The notes under the pieces: model-generated
What the model saw: the letters and a program-made list of their open reading frames with translations, nothing else
Database searches by the model: none
What the model was told of the DNA's origin: nothing
Part shown: piece after piece, positions 9,712 through 19,568 of the stretch
How positions within the stretch are numbered: the stretch's first letter is position 1
How the letters are laid out: each line of letters starts with the position of its first letter
Assembly (NCBI GenBank): GCA_026395995.1
Contig: JAPLXQ010000010.1
Location: 218,179 to 282,178, forward strand
Source: Candidatus Nomurabacteria bacterium
Lineage (GTDB): Bacteria > Patescibacteriota > Minisyncoccia > Phycocordibacterales > UBA9973
Reading direction: 5' to 3'
DNA length: 64,000 nt
Made by a program: the position numbers and the translations under genes

Positions 9712-10815
9712 TTATTTCTTATCTTCTAGGTGAGTCAAAGTCATCTTGTGTTCCTTTGGTTCGAATAGAGTTATTTGGAAACTGTAAGTTTTACCAAGTT
9801 CTAATGATTCACGAAGTTTAGCTTCAGAACCAAATGTAGAATTGTGGACGAGTCCAGCAACACCTTCTTTGATAGAAACCAATGCACCGTGCTTATTGTA
9901 CTTGATGACGACACCTTTGATAATGTCACCCTTTTTCAATTTACCTTCATATTCCTTCCAAGGGTTTTCTTTTAATGCCTTGATTGAAAGAGAAATTTTT
10001 CCATCTTTTATTTCAATAATTTTAGCTTTGATTTTGTCGCCAACTTTGAACATTGTACGAGGATCTTCTACGAGGCCCCAGTCTAGTTCAGAAATGTGCA
10101 CTAATCCTTCTAGACCTTCTTCTAATTTCAAGAAGACTCCGAAATCTACTAGTCCTGCGATAGTACAACTTACTTCTTCACCGACAGCATATTTACTAAC
10201 GATCTCTTGTTTTTCTTCTGGATTATTATCTTTTTCAGAGAAAATTAATTTACCTTCTTTTGGTAATGTAGAAATCATTGTGACAGAAAGTTTTGTACCA
10301 ACCAATTTCTTTAATTCTTTTAAGATTTTATCTTTATCAGAATCTTCAACCCTAGGATAGTGTTCAGCTTTTAGTTGTGAAGCTGGTAAGAATCCTTGAA
10401 TTCCTTGCCATTCTAAAATAAGTCCACCCTTGTTTGCATCTTTTACTTCTAGATCCATCAAGACTTTTGATTTGATTGCTTTTTCAGCATCACTCCAAAT
10501 TAGGGCTTGTTTAGCTTCTTTCAAAGACAATTCAATATAACCATCTTCATTTTCTACTTCTACGATTTTTGCTTTGATGATATCACCGAGAGCGATTTTC
10601 TTGATGATGTCTTTTGCATTCATAAACTCACGTCCATAAATGATACCTGTACCAAATGGTGCAAGGTCAATATATACTGATGACTTTTGAACGAGAATGA
10701 CTGGTCCTTCGACTAAAGCTTCAACTTCTGGACGAGTTAGACTTTTGTCTAACATGATCTTCAAAGGTGAATCTATAACTACAACTTCTTCTTCTGTTAC
10801 TGTTGTTTTTTTCAT
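9712..10815 (-). CDS. rpsA: 30S ribosomal protein S1 (four S1 domains)
   Basis: Repeated S1 motifs: NKGGL..GFLPASQL, DFGVF..EGLVHISEL, ISLSIK. Confidence 0.9.
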   Translation of the reverse strand: MKKTTVTEEEVVVIDSPLKIMLDKSLTRPEVEALVEGPVILVQKSSVYIDLAPFGTGIIYGREFMNAKDIIKKIALGDIIKAKIVEVENEDGYIELSLKEAKQALIWSDAEKAIKSKVLMDLEVKDANKGGLILEWQGIQGFLPASQLKAEHYPRVEDSDKDKILKELKKLVGTKLSVTMISTLPKEGKLIFSEKDNNPEEKQEIVSKYAVGEEVSCTIAGLVDFGVFLKLEEGLEGLVHISELDWGLVEDPRTMFKVGDKIKAKIIEIKDGKISLSIKALKENPWKEYEGKLKKGDIIKGVVIKYNKHGALVSIKEGVAGLVHNSTFGSEAKLRESLELGKTYSFQITLFEPKEHKMTLTHLEDKK

Positions 10816-11105
10816 ACTTTTTTATAAATTAAAAATCCGCAGTTCATTCAATATGAAAAGCGGATATAAGGCCTAGGTGTCGGAGGGCTGCATGCCCCTT
10901 CGGTGTTACCCTAAATCCAAACTTTTAATATCTAGATACTACTATATAAGAGGGTAAAATGCAAGACTGTTAATTCAACCCGCCCCACCCCTAACCCCTC
11001 CCCAAAATTTGAAGATTTTAGAGAGGGGATTAAGAAGCGATGTGAATTGCAAGAGTTATATTTTTATGGTAATGTAATGGAAAATAATCTTTAAAAAAAT
11101 AAGGT

Positions 11106-11546
11106 ATGAGAAAGAATATGTCCTACAAACAAGTTCCATCAGAAATTTTGGTTATTTTAGAAATCGTAAAAAAATTAGAAAAAACAAAAGCTGAAGAACT
11201 TATGATTATGCATCGTGAAATGGATCCTGAAATAGATGAACTAATAAAAAATACTATTTCAAAATTTTCCAAAGAAGAAAGGGAATTTTATGTTAAAACA
11301 GTTAAAGAATTTAATTTTCGTGATAAAAAATATTACAAAGATGCAAAAATAGAAAAAAGTGATTGGTATGATTATATGGACGAGAGATGTAGATTTGCCA
11401 GTCATCTGCTTGATATTATTGATGTAAGATTAAATCCAGATAGAAAATCATACTCTCTGGAAATTGACTTAGGGAATCCTGGTTATTTTAAACCTAAACC
11501 TGAGCCTAAATCATCTACAAGAAGTTTGGGATTAACTTTTGAATAA
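11106..11546 (+). CDS. Hypothetical protein
   Basis: 146-aa ORF followed by a GC hairpin terminator (11559-11584). Confidence 0.55.
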   Translation: MRKNMSYKQVPSEILVILEIVKKLEKTKAEELMIMHREMDPEIDELIKNTISKFSKEEREFYVKTVKEFNFRDKKYYKDAKIEKSDWYDYMDERCRFASHLLDIIDVRLNPDRKSYSLEIDLGNPGYFKPKPEPKSSTRSLGLTFE

Positions 11547-11629
11547 TGTTGATTTTTAGCCCCGCTGACACATGTCAGCGGGGCATTTTATTTTGTATTT
11601 GTTTATAAAATTTGCTATAATATAGTCCT

Positions 11630-12256
11630 ATGATAATCACATATTTCGGAAAAGAATTTTTTAAGATACAACAAGGAGATATGGTTGTAGCTTTTAATCC
11701 TATTAGTAAAGAGTCCAAAGCTTCAGGTGGGGGCAAATTTGGTGCAGATATTGCACTCGTTACTACTAATCATAAAGATTATAATGGCCTAGGTCAGCTT
11801 TCTCATGGAGAGCGTGAACCTTTTGCTGTTACAGGTCCTGGAGACTATGAAGTTCGAGAAGTTTTCATTAAAGGTTTAATGTCTGATGCAGAACTCGACA
11901 GTAAAAAATATGTTAATACAATTTATTTCTTAACGATTGATGGTATCAATATTGTCTTTTTGGGAGCATTATCAAATCCAGAAATTTCCAAAGAAGTTCG
12001 TGAAGTTATAAATGAACCAGATGTCCTTTTTATTCCAGTCGGCGGTAATGGAGTTTTAGACGCAAAAGTTTCAGCTAAATTAGCATCTTCTCTTGAACCA
12101 AAATTAGTAATTCCTATGGATTATGATAAAGATACATTAAAACATTTTCTAAAAGAAATGGGAGCAGAAAATGCTGAAGTCGTAGACAAATTAACCTTAA
12201 AGAGAAAAGATTTAGATGGAAAAGAAGCCGATGTAATAGTCTTACAATCAGAATAA
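11630..12256 (+). CDS. Metallo-beta-lactamase fold protein (degenerate metal motif)
   Basis: MIITYFG..FFKI, GPGDYEV, DVLFIPVGG, PKLVIPM; HxHxDH is replaced by TNHKDY. Confidence 0.8.
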   Translation: MIITYFGKEFFKIQQGDMVVAFNPISKESKASGGGKFGADIALVTTNHKDYNGLGQLSHGEREPFAVTGPGDYEVREVFIKGLMSDAELDSKKYVNTIYFLTIDGINIVFLGALSNPEISKEVREVINEPDVLFIPVGGNGVLDAKVSAKLASSLEPKLVIPMDYDKDTLKHFLKEMGAENAEVVDKLTLKRKDLDGKEADVIVLQSE

Positions 12257-12273
12257 TAATTTTTTAAAATATT

Positions 12274-12522
12274 ATGATCAAACATATACATAAAACAATT
12301 CATCGATTGAAACAAGAACCAGAAGATGTTCGACAGCATATCGTTCATATTGTGACTTTTGCTTGTGCTGTTATTTTGATAATTCTTTATTTTTATAGTT
12401 TAGGTAAAAAATTAACAGATAAAGAAATACAGACATCTATTCAAAAAGATGCGAAACCTTTTACTGTTTTGAAAGACAATTTAGTAGATGGGTATAAAAG
12501 TATTTCTACATCCGGTAATTAA
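12274..12522 (+). CDS. Small single-TM hypothetical protein
   Basis: One hydrophobic helix; lies between the MBL gene and gyrA. Confidence 0.6.
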   Translation: MIKHIHKTIHRLKQEPEDVRQHIVHIVTFACAVILIILYFYSLGKKLTDKEIQTSIQKDAKPFTVLKDNLVDGYKSISTSGN

Positions 12523-12542
12523 TATGTTAATATAATATAGTT

Positions 12543-15014
12543 ATGGCAAAAAAAACTTCACCAACAACTGAAGAAGAACCTCTTATTAACCCAAGCCTAG
12601 GTATTGTGCCAGTTAATATTGTTTCTGAAATGAAAGAATCCTACCTCGCTTATGCGATGTCTGTCATTACTGCGCGCGCGCTTCCTGATGTTCGTGACGG
12701 ATTAAAACCAGTTCACCGTCGTATTTTGTTTGCGATGAATGAAATGGGTCTTACTTCTTCTTCACGTTTCCGTAAATCTGCAGCTGTAGTCGGAGATGTG
12801 CTTGGAAAATATCATCCACATGGTGATGCTTCTGTCTATGATGCTATGGTTAATATGGCGCAAGATTTTTCTTATCGTTACCCTTTGGTAATAGGACAAG
12901 GAAACTTCGGTTCCATCGATGGAGATAATGCTGCTGCTATGCGTTATACCGAAGCTAAGATGTCTAAAGTTTCAAATGAGCTTCTTCGTGATTTAGAAAA
13001 AGAAACTGTTGATTTCAGACCAAACTATGATCAGACTCGTAAAGAGCCTGTAGTTTTTCCTTCTGCTGTTCCAGCACTTTTGTTGAATGGTACTCTCGGT
13101 ATTGCTGTCGGTATGGCGACAAATATTCCTTCACACAATCTCGCAGAAGTCGTCGATGCGACTTTGCATTTGATTGAAAATGATGAAGCGACTACTGAAG
13201 ATTTGATGCAGTTTGTGAAAGGCCCTGATTTTCCTACTGGCGGACTCGTTTATGGCCAAAAAGATATGTTGCATGCTTATTCTACAGGGCGTGGAGGTGT
13301 CGTTTGTCGTGGTGAAGCTGAAATAATTGAGCAAAAAGGTGGAATGTTTCAAATCATTATTACTTCAATTCCTTTTCGTGTAAACAAATCAAATTTGATT
13401 ATGGCTATTGCTGAGCTTGTTCAAGAAAAAAAGATTGAAGGTATTAAAGGTTTGCGTGATGAATCTACAAAAGATATCCGTATTGCTATCGATTTGAAAG
13501 CTGGAGCTTATCCTGAAAAAGTTTTAAATTATATTTACAAAAATACTCAACTCGAACAAAATTTTAATTTCAATATGGTAGCTCTTGTTGACGGTGTTCC
13601 TCAGACTCTTTCATTGAAATCAATTTTATCTGAATTTATTGGTCACCGAAAAGAGGTTGTCAAAAGACGTTCTATTTATGAACTTCGAAGAGCCGAAGAG
13701 CGTGAGCATATTTTACTTGGCTTGAAAAAAGCATTGGATTTTATTGATAAAGTTATCAAGACAATTCGTGCTTCTAAAGATGGAGCAAGTGCTAAGATTG
13801 CTTTGATGAAAGAATTTAAATTCTCCGATTTACAAGCTCAAGCTATTTTGGATATGAAATTACAAAAGCTTGCTGGTCTTGAGAGAAAGCTGATTGAAGA
13901 AGAATTAAAAGAGCGTCAAGCTTTCATTAAAGAGATGAAAGATTTGATTGCTAGTGCAAAGAAAATGTTGAAAGTTGTCTCCGAAGAATTAACAGAAATT
14001 CGTGAAAAATATGCCGACGAAAGACGTACAAAAATAATCAAAGGAGGAGTGAAAGAAATTTCTGAAGATGATCTTGTTCCAGAAAAAGAAACAATGCTAG
14101 TCTTTACTGCTGGTGGCTATATTAAGCGCACTGATCCTGGTGAATACAAATCACAAAAGCGTGGAGGTGTCGGCGTTGTCGACCTTGAAACAAAAGAAGA
14201 AGATTTTGTGACAATGCTCGTGTCTGGTTCTACACATAGTGATTTATTGTTCTTCACAAACTTAGGTAAAGCATATCAAATAAAAATGTATGACATACCA
14301 GAAGGCCGTCGCGCGACAAAAGGAAAATCAATTATGAATTTCTTGTCTTTGGCTGGTGAAGAAAAAGTCACTTCTATTTTGCCAATGCCAAAAGAATTGA
14401 AAAAGAATCCTATTTCTCTAATGCTTGTAACTAAAAATGGAACTGCCAAGAAGATGGCCGGAGAAGCCTTTAAAGATGTTCGCCGAAGTGGACTTATTTC
14501 TATTAAGCTTGATAAAGGTGATGAGCTTGCTTCAGCACTTATTACAGAAAAAGGAGATGAAGTAATGCTCGCTACAAGTGAAGGACAGTCAATCCGATTC
14601 AAAGAATCCGACATTCGTGAAATGGGACGTACTGCAGGAGGTGTGCGTGGAATGAAGCTTGGTAAAGGTGATAGTATTATCGGAGTTGAAGTAATAAAGA
14701 AAGATAATAAAGATGGATCATTCCTTACAATGTCTGCAAATGGACTCGGAAAGAAAACATCACTTAAAGAATATAAAGTACAAAACCGTGGAGGTTCAGG
14801 TATCAAAACTGCAAAAGTCACTCCAAAAACTGGCAAGCTCATCGTAGCGAAAGTTATCACAGGCAATGAAGAAGAATTAATTGCTATGTCTAAAAAAGGA
14901 CAAGTTATCCGTACAGCCCTAAAAGATATTCCATCACTCGGAAGACAAACTCAAGGTGTCACAATCATGCGCCTCCGCGCTGGTGATGGTATTGCATCAC
15001 TCACGTGTGCATAG
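12543..15014 (+). CDS. gyrA: DNA gyrase subunit A
   Basis: [29 protein letters not shown], GyrA-box QKRGGVG, C-terminal pinwheel repeats. Confidence 0.98.
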   Translation: MAKKTSPTTEEEPLINPSLGIVPVNIVSEMKESYLAYAMSVITARALPDVRDGLKPVHRRILFAMNEMGLTSSSRFRKSAAVVGDVLGKYHPHGDASVYDAMVNMAQDFSYRYPLVIGQGNFGSIDGDNAAAMRYTEAKMSKVSNELLRDLEKETVDFRPNYDQTRKEPVVFPSAVPALLLNGTLGIAVGMATNIPSHNLAEVVDATLHLIENDEATTEDLMQFVKGPDFPTGGLVYGQKDMLHAYSTGRGGVVCRGEAEIIEQKGGMFQIIITSIPFRVNKSNLIMAIAELVQEKKIEGIKGLRDESTKDIRIAIDLKAGAYPEKVLNYIYKNTQLEQNFNFNMVALVDGVPQTLSLKSILSEFIGHRKEVVKRRSIYELRRAEEREHILLGLKKALDFIDKVIKTIRASKDGASAKIALMKEFKFSDLQAQAILDMKLQKLAGLERKLIEEELKERQAFIKEMKDLIASAKKMLKVVSEELTEIREKYADERRTKIIKGGVKEISEDDLVPEKETMLVFTAGGYIKRTDPGEYKSQKRGGVGVVDLETKEEDFVTMLVSGSTHSDLLFFTNLGKAYQIKMYDIPEGRRATKGKSIMNFLSLAGEEKVTSILPMPKELKKNPISLMLVTKNGTAKKMAGEAFKDVRRSGLISIKLDKGDELASALITEKGDEVMLATSEGQSIRFKESDIREMGRTAGGVRGMKLGKGDSIIGVEVIKKDNKDGSFLTMSANGLGKKTSLKEYKVQNRGGSGIKTAKVTPKTGKLIVAKVITGNEEELIAMSKKGQVIRTALKDIPSLGRQTQGVTIMRLRAGDGIASLTCA

Positions 15015-15023
15015 AATCATTTT

Positions 15024-15557
15024 ATGATTTATTTTGTACGACACGGAGAAAGTGAAGCTAATGTTAGAAATGTCTTTGCTGGACAAAAAGATGATTCGCT
15101 TCTTACTGAAAAAGGTAAGGAACAGGCACTTGCCACTGCTAAAGAAATAAAGAAGGAAAATCTTACTTTCGATCGAATTATTTCTTCGCCACTTCAGAGA
15201 TCTTTAGAAACAGCTAGAATAATTGCAAAAGAAATTGGTTTTGATTTTTCAAACATTATTATAGATAATCGTATTAATGAATATGATATGGGCAGTATTA
15301 CTGGGAAACCTTATGGAGTTATTTCTTCTGAAATTTTAGTGGGTGCTGAAAATGCAGAAAATCCAGAATTATTTAAAGAACGTGTTTATTTTTGTATTAA
15401 AGAATTAAATCAACTACCAGAAAATATATTAGTTGTTAGTCATGCTGGAGTTGGGAGAATATTGGAAACTATAAAAGAAGGTAAAGAAGCAAAATATTTT
15501 TATGATTTACCACCTTTTCCTAATGCTTCTATAATTAAGATAGATTGGATTAAATAA
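15024..15557 (+). CDS. Histidine phosphatase (phosphoglycerate mutase family)
   Basis: RHGES, SSPLQRS..TA, VSHAG. Confidence 0.9.
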   Translation: MIYFVRHGESEANVRNVFAGQKDDSLLTEKGKEQALATAKEIKKENLTFDRIISSPLQRSLETARIIAKEIGFDFSNIIIDNRINEYDMGSITGKPYGVISSEILVGAENAENPELFKERVYFCIKELNQLPENILVVSHAGVGRILETIKEGKEAKYFYDLPPFPNASIIKIDWIK

Positions 15558-15577
15558 GGTTTTATATTTATTTATAG

Positions 15578-16300
15578 TGTGCAAAGTCGAACTTTGCACA
15601 AATATAATTCTTTTGTATAATTTAATTATGAAAAGTAAAAATATTGCTCCCGAAGAGTATTATCATATTTACAACAGGGGAATGCAAAAACAACCTATTT
15701 TTGAAAATGACTCAGACAGGCTACGTTTTTTATTTTTGATTTTAACCTTTCAAGGTAAAGAACTTATAAAAAATATTAGTCGTGAAGTAAAACAAAATGT
15801 GCAAAGTTCGACTTTGCACATTTCTAAAGAAACAACTAAAAATGTTGCGCAAAATCGACAAGTTGAATTAGTTAGTTTTTGTTTAATGCCAAACCATTTT
15901 CATTTGATTGTAAAAGAAAAAGAAGAAGGTGGAATAGCAAAATATATGCAAAGAATTTTAACTAGCTATACAAAGTATTTTAATAAAAAATATAATAAAA
16001 GCGGACATCTTTTTCAGGGGTCTTATAAGAGTATTTTAATTGAAGATGATCGGCAGTTAATGCATTTGTCTGCCTATATTCATAAAAATCCTTCCGAAAT
16101 TAAAGGTTGGAAAAATAAAGAAGATAAATATTATTGGTCAAGTTATAATGATTATATTTATGAAAATCGTTGGGATGAATTACTTTCACAAAATATTATC
16201 CTAGATAGATATAATATAGATAAAGAAAAGGGAACTTATAAGAAATTCGTCGAAACCAGTTTAGCTAAAGAAACTGTGCAAAGTTCGACTTTGCACAGTT
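15578..16300. repeat. Three 23-bp REP-like palindromes at 15578-15600, 15798-15820 and 16275-16297
   Basis: TGTGCAAAGTCGAACTTTGCACA (left) and its reverse complement TGTGCAAAGTTCGACTTTGCACA twice. Confidence 0.9.
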
Positions 16301-16302
16301 AA
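15628..16302 (+). mobile_element. REP-associated tyrosine transposase (RAYT, Y1 HUH family); start moved to ATG 15628
   Basis: YYHIYNRG, FCLMPNHFHLI (HUH), GHLFQG, YIHKNP, WSSY; flanked by palindromes. Confidence 0.9.
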
Positions 16303-16309
16303 AAAAAAT

Positions 16310-17236
16310 ATGATTCCAAAACATAATATTTCTAGTTTAGAAGGTAAAGAATTAGAAAAGGCCATCAAAAATGACTTTGGTTTTGAGATTACAAATACAG
16401 AAAAAATAACAAAAGGATATTCTAATCAAGTTTATAAAGGAAATCTTGAAAATAAAAATGTTTTCATAAGGATGAATAAAGACCCTAGAGTGTTCGAAGC
16501 AGAAGTTCTTGGATATAAAAGATTTGAAGAACAAGGTATACCTGTACCAAAAATAATTGCCTATAAAGAAAATCCTTCATCAATTGGACTTCCTGCAATG
16601 ATCATGTCTTCAGCTGAAGGCAATATTATTCCCGAACTAAAGCTGTCTCCAGAAGAAAAGGATATTGTTTTTGAAAATGTAGGAAAATTGTTAAAAAAAA
16701 TTAATGAAACTAAGTTAAAAGGCTACGGTCCTTTAAAGGTAGAGAATGGAGAATTGGTTGGTAAATTTTCAACATATAAAGAGCAAGATGAATCACGCGG
16801 AGAATATAATAAAAAAGTTTTTGATTTTGCAGTAGAAAAGAATTATATAATTGGTGAAGATATTGAAAAAGTTAAAAAAGTATATGAAGAAATTAGTTTA
16901 TTAAATATAGGAAATCAGACATCACTATTGCATCATGATATGCACAGAGGACATTTTTTTGTTAAAGGGACTGAAATATCAGGAATTATTGACCTAGGAG
17001 CTTTGATGGCTGGTGATCCACGATATGATATAGCAATAAGTTTGGCTCATCAACATCCTAGAGAGCAAGAAGCTTTTAAAAAAGGTTATGGTGAATTAGC
17101 TAATGACCCAATGGTGAATAAATATTTAATTACTGTTTTAGTAAGAAAAATATTTTTTAGAAATAAAGACCATGTAAAAGGAAATGTCGAAGCGTTACTT
17201 CCAACCCTAAAGGATGCTTTGGAAAAATTATCTTAA
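16310..17236 (+). CDS. Aminoglycoside phosphotransferase/choline kinase-like protein
   Basis: KGYSNQVY, IPVPKII, Brenner motif LLHHDMH, GIIDLG, GDPRYDIA. Confidence 0.85.
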   Translation: MIPKHNISSLEGKELEKAIKNDFGFEITNTEKITKGYSNQVYKGNLENKNVFIRMNKDPRVFEAEVLGYKRFEEQGIPVPKIIAYKENPSSIGLPAMIMSSAEGNIIPELKLSPEEKDIVFENVGKLLKKINETKLKGYGPLKVENGELVGKFSTYKEQDESRGEYNKKVFDFAVEKNYIIGEDIEKVKKVYEEISLLNIGNQTSLLHHDMHRGHFFVKGTEISGIIDLGALMAGDPRYDIAISLAHQHPREQEAFKKGYGELANDPMVNKYLITVLVRKIFFRNKDHVKGNVEALLPTLKDALEKLS

Positions 17237-17240
17237 AATT

Positions 17241-17723
17241 ATGTCCGAAGATGAATTAAAAAAATTAATAAAAGAAGATAAATATCAGGTTTTTGTTTTT
17301 GAATCAAAAGCACATTTTCCATTTGTTTTTGCATCACACCCTTGGTTTGTCATAAACAAAAAAGGAGTTATTTCTCGCTATGAAGTTGTTTATAAAAAGG
17401 ATTGTTGTCCTGGAAAAAGTTTTGGACATATTCATTTGAATGCTTTGCCTCCACATAAAGGAATTAGAATTTTTAGTTTTTATGAAAATTTATTTTGGAA
17501 ATCAAAATTACTTGGATTTCTAGAAGGGGATATAAATTCTACTGCACAAAAAGCTGTTTATTTTATAGAAAATTCTAGACACAGTTATCCTCACTTAGAT
17601 AAATATGTGCTCACTGGTCCAAATAGTAATACTTATTTACAATGGGTTCTCAACGCTTTTCCAGAATTAAATATAAAACTCGGTTCTAGATTTATTGGAA
17701 AAGACTATAAGGCTATTGTTTAA
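17241..17723 (+). CDS. Hypothetical protein (DUF3750-like, permuted papain-like motif)
   Basis: HPWFV..RYEV and Y...GPNSNTY motifs; start likely ATG 17241. Confidence 0.6.
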   Translation: MSEDELKKLIKEDKYQVFVFESKAHFPFVFASHPWFVINKKGVISRYEVVYKKDCCPGKSFGHIHLNALPPHKGIRIFSFYENLFWKSKLLGFLEGDINSTAQKAVYFIENSRHSYPHLDKYVLTGPNSNTYLQWVLNAFPELNIKLGSRFIGKDYKAIV

Positions 17724-17748
17724 TCAATATTCTTGGTATAATTAAACT

Positions 17749-18273
17749 ATGTTTGCTGATCCAGTAAAAATTTTACAAAGTTTTGGTTTAGGGGATAGTA
17801 TGATCGTAGCTGACCTCGGAGCAGGTTCAGGTTTTTATTCTATTGCGGCTGCAAAAATGGTTCCGAATGGTAAGGTTTATGTTGTAGAAGTTCAAAAAGA
17901 TTTTTTGACAACAGTCAAAACAAAAGCAGAAACAGAGCACCTTAGAAATTTGGAATATATTTGGGGAGATATTGAAAAAATAGGAGGCACAAAAATTGCT
18001 GATAGAGTAGCTGACGTTGTCATTATTTCCAATGTTTTATTTTTAGCTGAAAATAAAAAAAAGATTATTGAAGAAGCTAAAAGAATTTTAAAATATGAAG
18101 GACGTGTTTTACTCATTGAATGGTCAGATGCTTCTTCGGCTTTAGGGCCACGTGCTGGTTTTGTATTTAATCCAATAAAAGCAAAAGAAATGTTTTTAGC
18201 TGAAGGTTTTACTTTTGAGCGAGACATATCAGCAGGAGAACATCATTATGGTATAATGTTTAAAAAACAATGA
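17749..18273 (+). CDS. Class I SAM-dependent methyltransferase
   Basis: VADLGAGSG motif I; LKYEGRVLLIEW. Confidence 0.9.
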   Translation: MFADPVKILQSFGLGDSMIVADLGAGSGFYSIAAAKMVPNGKVYVVEVQKDFLTTVKTKAETEHLRNLEYIWGDIEKIGGTKIADRVADVVIISNVLFLAENKKKIIEEAKRILKYEGRVLLIEWSDASSALGPRAGFVFNPIKAKEMFLAEGFTFERDISAGEHHYGIMFKKQ

Positions 18274-19562
18274 AAGGAAATAATTTTCAACTAATACTTT
18301 TAATAATATTTATTGTCGGAGCTGTTTTTGGTATTTTAGTTTTTGCTGGCCTTGTTCCATTTGGTCAACCAGCAAAGACAGGACCCGTCGGTACCGTCGT
18401 CCTTTGGGGTACTGTGAAGCAGTCTTCTTTAGGAAGAGCTTTAGCTGATTTTGGCCACATCAGTACCAATGTTAATTTAAAATATGTAGAAAAAAATCCC
18501 TTAACTTTTGATCATGATTTATTAGAAGCTTTAGCTTCTGGTGTTGGTCCAGACCTTTTTATACTACCTGACGATTTGATTTTGCATTATAAAGATAAGA
18601 TAGCACTTATACCGTATGCTTCTTATTCTGAAGCAACTTTTAAAAACACTTTTGCTGGAGCTGGAGAAATTTATCTTAGTTCAAAAGGTATTTTAGCTTT
18701 ACCATTATCTGTAGATCCTTTGATTATGTATTACAATCGTACTGTTTTAGATGCTAATAATATAACCAATCCACCAGCCTATTGGGATGATTTGCAAAAT
18801 ATTGTTCCCTTAGTTACAAAGAAAGATATATCTGGAAAAATAATAAATAGTGGAGTAGCATTAGGTCAATTTACAAATATTGAACATGCTAAAGATATTA
18901 TCTCGACACTTTTTATGCAGGCTGGTAGTACTATCGTTCAAGAAAAAGGTGGATTTTTAAATTCAACTTTAAGTGCTTTGAGTAACTCAGCTAATCCAGG
19001 AACTATTTTAAGTTTTTATACTCAATTTGCCGATCCTCTTAGTCCTTTTTATTCTTGGAACAGATCTCTTCCTAATTCCAAAGATTCATTTAGTGCCAAT
19101 AATTTAACTTTTTATTTTGGTTTTGCTAGTGAACTTCCATATTTAACTAATAAGAATCCTAATTTAAATTTTTATATTACTTCAATTCCACAAATTAAAA
19201 ACTCTAGCCTAAAAGTTACATTTGGTAAAACTCAAGGTATTGCTGTCTCAACTTTTTCAAAAAATAAAGCTTCAGCTTTTTCTGTTGCTGGGCTTTTGGC
19301 TTCTGGTGATTTTGCAAAACAATTTTCTGACTCTTTGTTAGTTGCACCAGCTAGGCGTGATTTATTGGCAGTAAAACCAACAGATGCATATTTTCCTATT
19401 TTTTATAGTTCTGCTTTGTATGCTAAAAGTTGGCTTGATCCTTCTGCTGTTGATACAGATTCTATTTTTAGTGGAATGGTAGATAATGTTTTATCAAATA
19501 CTTTACCAGCCAAAGAAGCTGTCTTAGATGCTTCTGCCAAATTAGATTTATTATTACACTAA
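18270..19562 (+). CDS. Membrane-anchored extracellular solute-binding protein (family 1)
   Basis: N-terminal TM; LEALASGVGPDLF, LIMYYNR..L, PPAYWDDL. Confidence 0.8.
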   Translation: MKGNNFQLILLIIFIVGAVFGILVFAGLVPFGQPAKTGPVGTVVLWGTVKQSSLGRALADFGHISTNVNLKYVEKNPLTFDHDLLEALASGVGPDLFILPDDLILHYKDKIALIPYASYSEATFKNTFAGAGEIYLSSKGILALPLSVDPLIMYYNRTVLDANNITNPPAYWDDLQNIVPLVTKKDISGKIINSGVALGQFTNIEHAKDIISTLFMQAGSTIVQEKGGFLNSTLSALSNSANPGTILSFYTQFADPLSPFYSWNRSLPNSKDSFSANNLTFYFGFASELPYLTNKNPNLNFYITSIPQIKNSSLKVTFGKTQGIAVSTFSKNKASAFSVAGLLASGDFAKQFSDSLLVAPARRDLLAVKPTDAYFPIFYSSALYAKSWLDPSAVDTDSIFSGMVDNVLSNTLPAKEAVLDASAKLDLLLH

Positions 19563-19568
19563 TCAATC

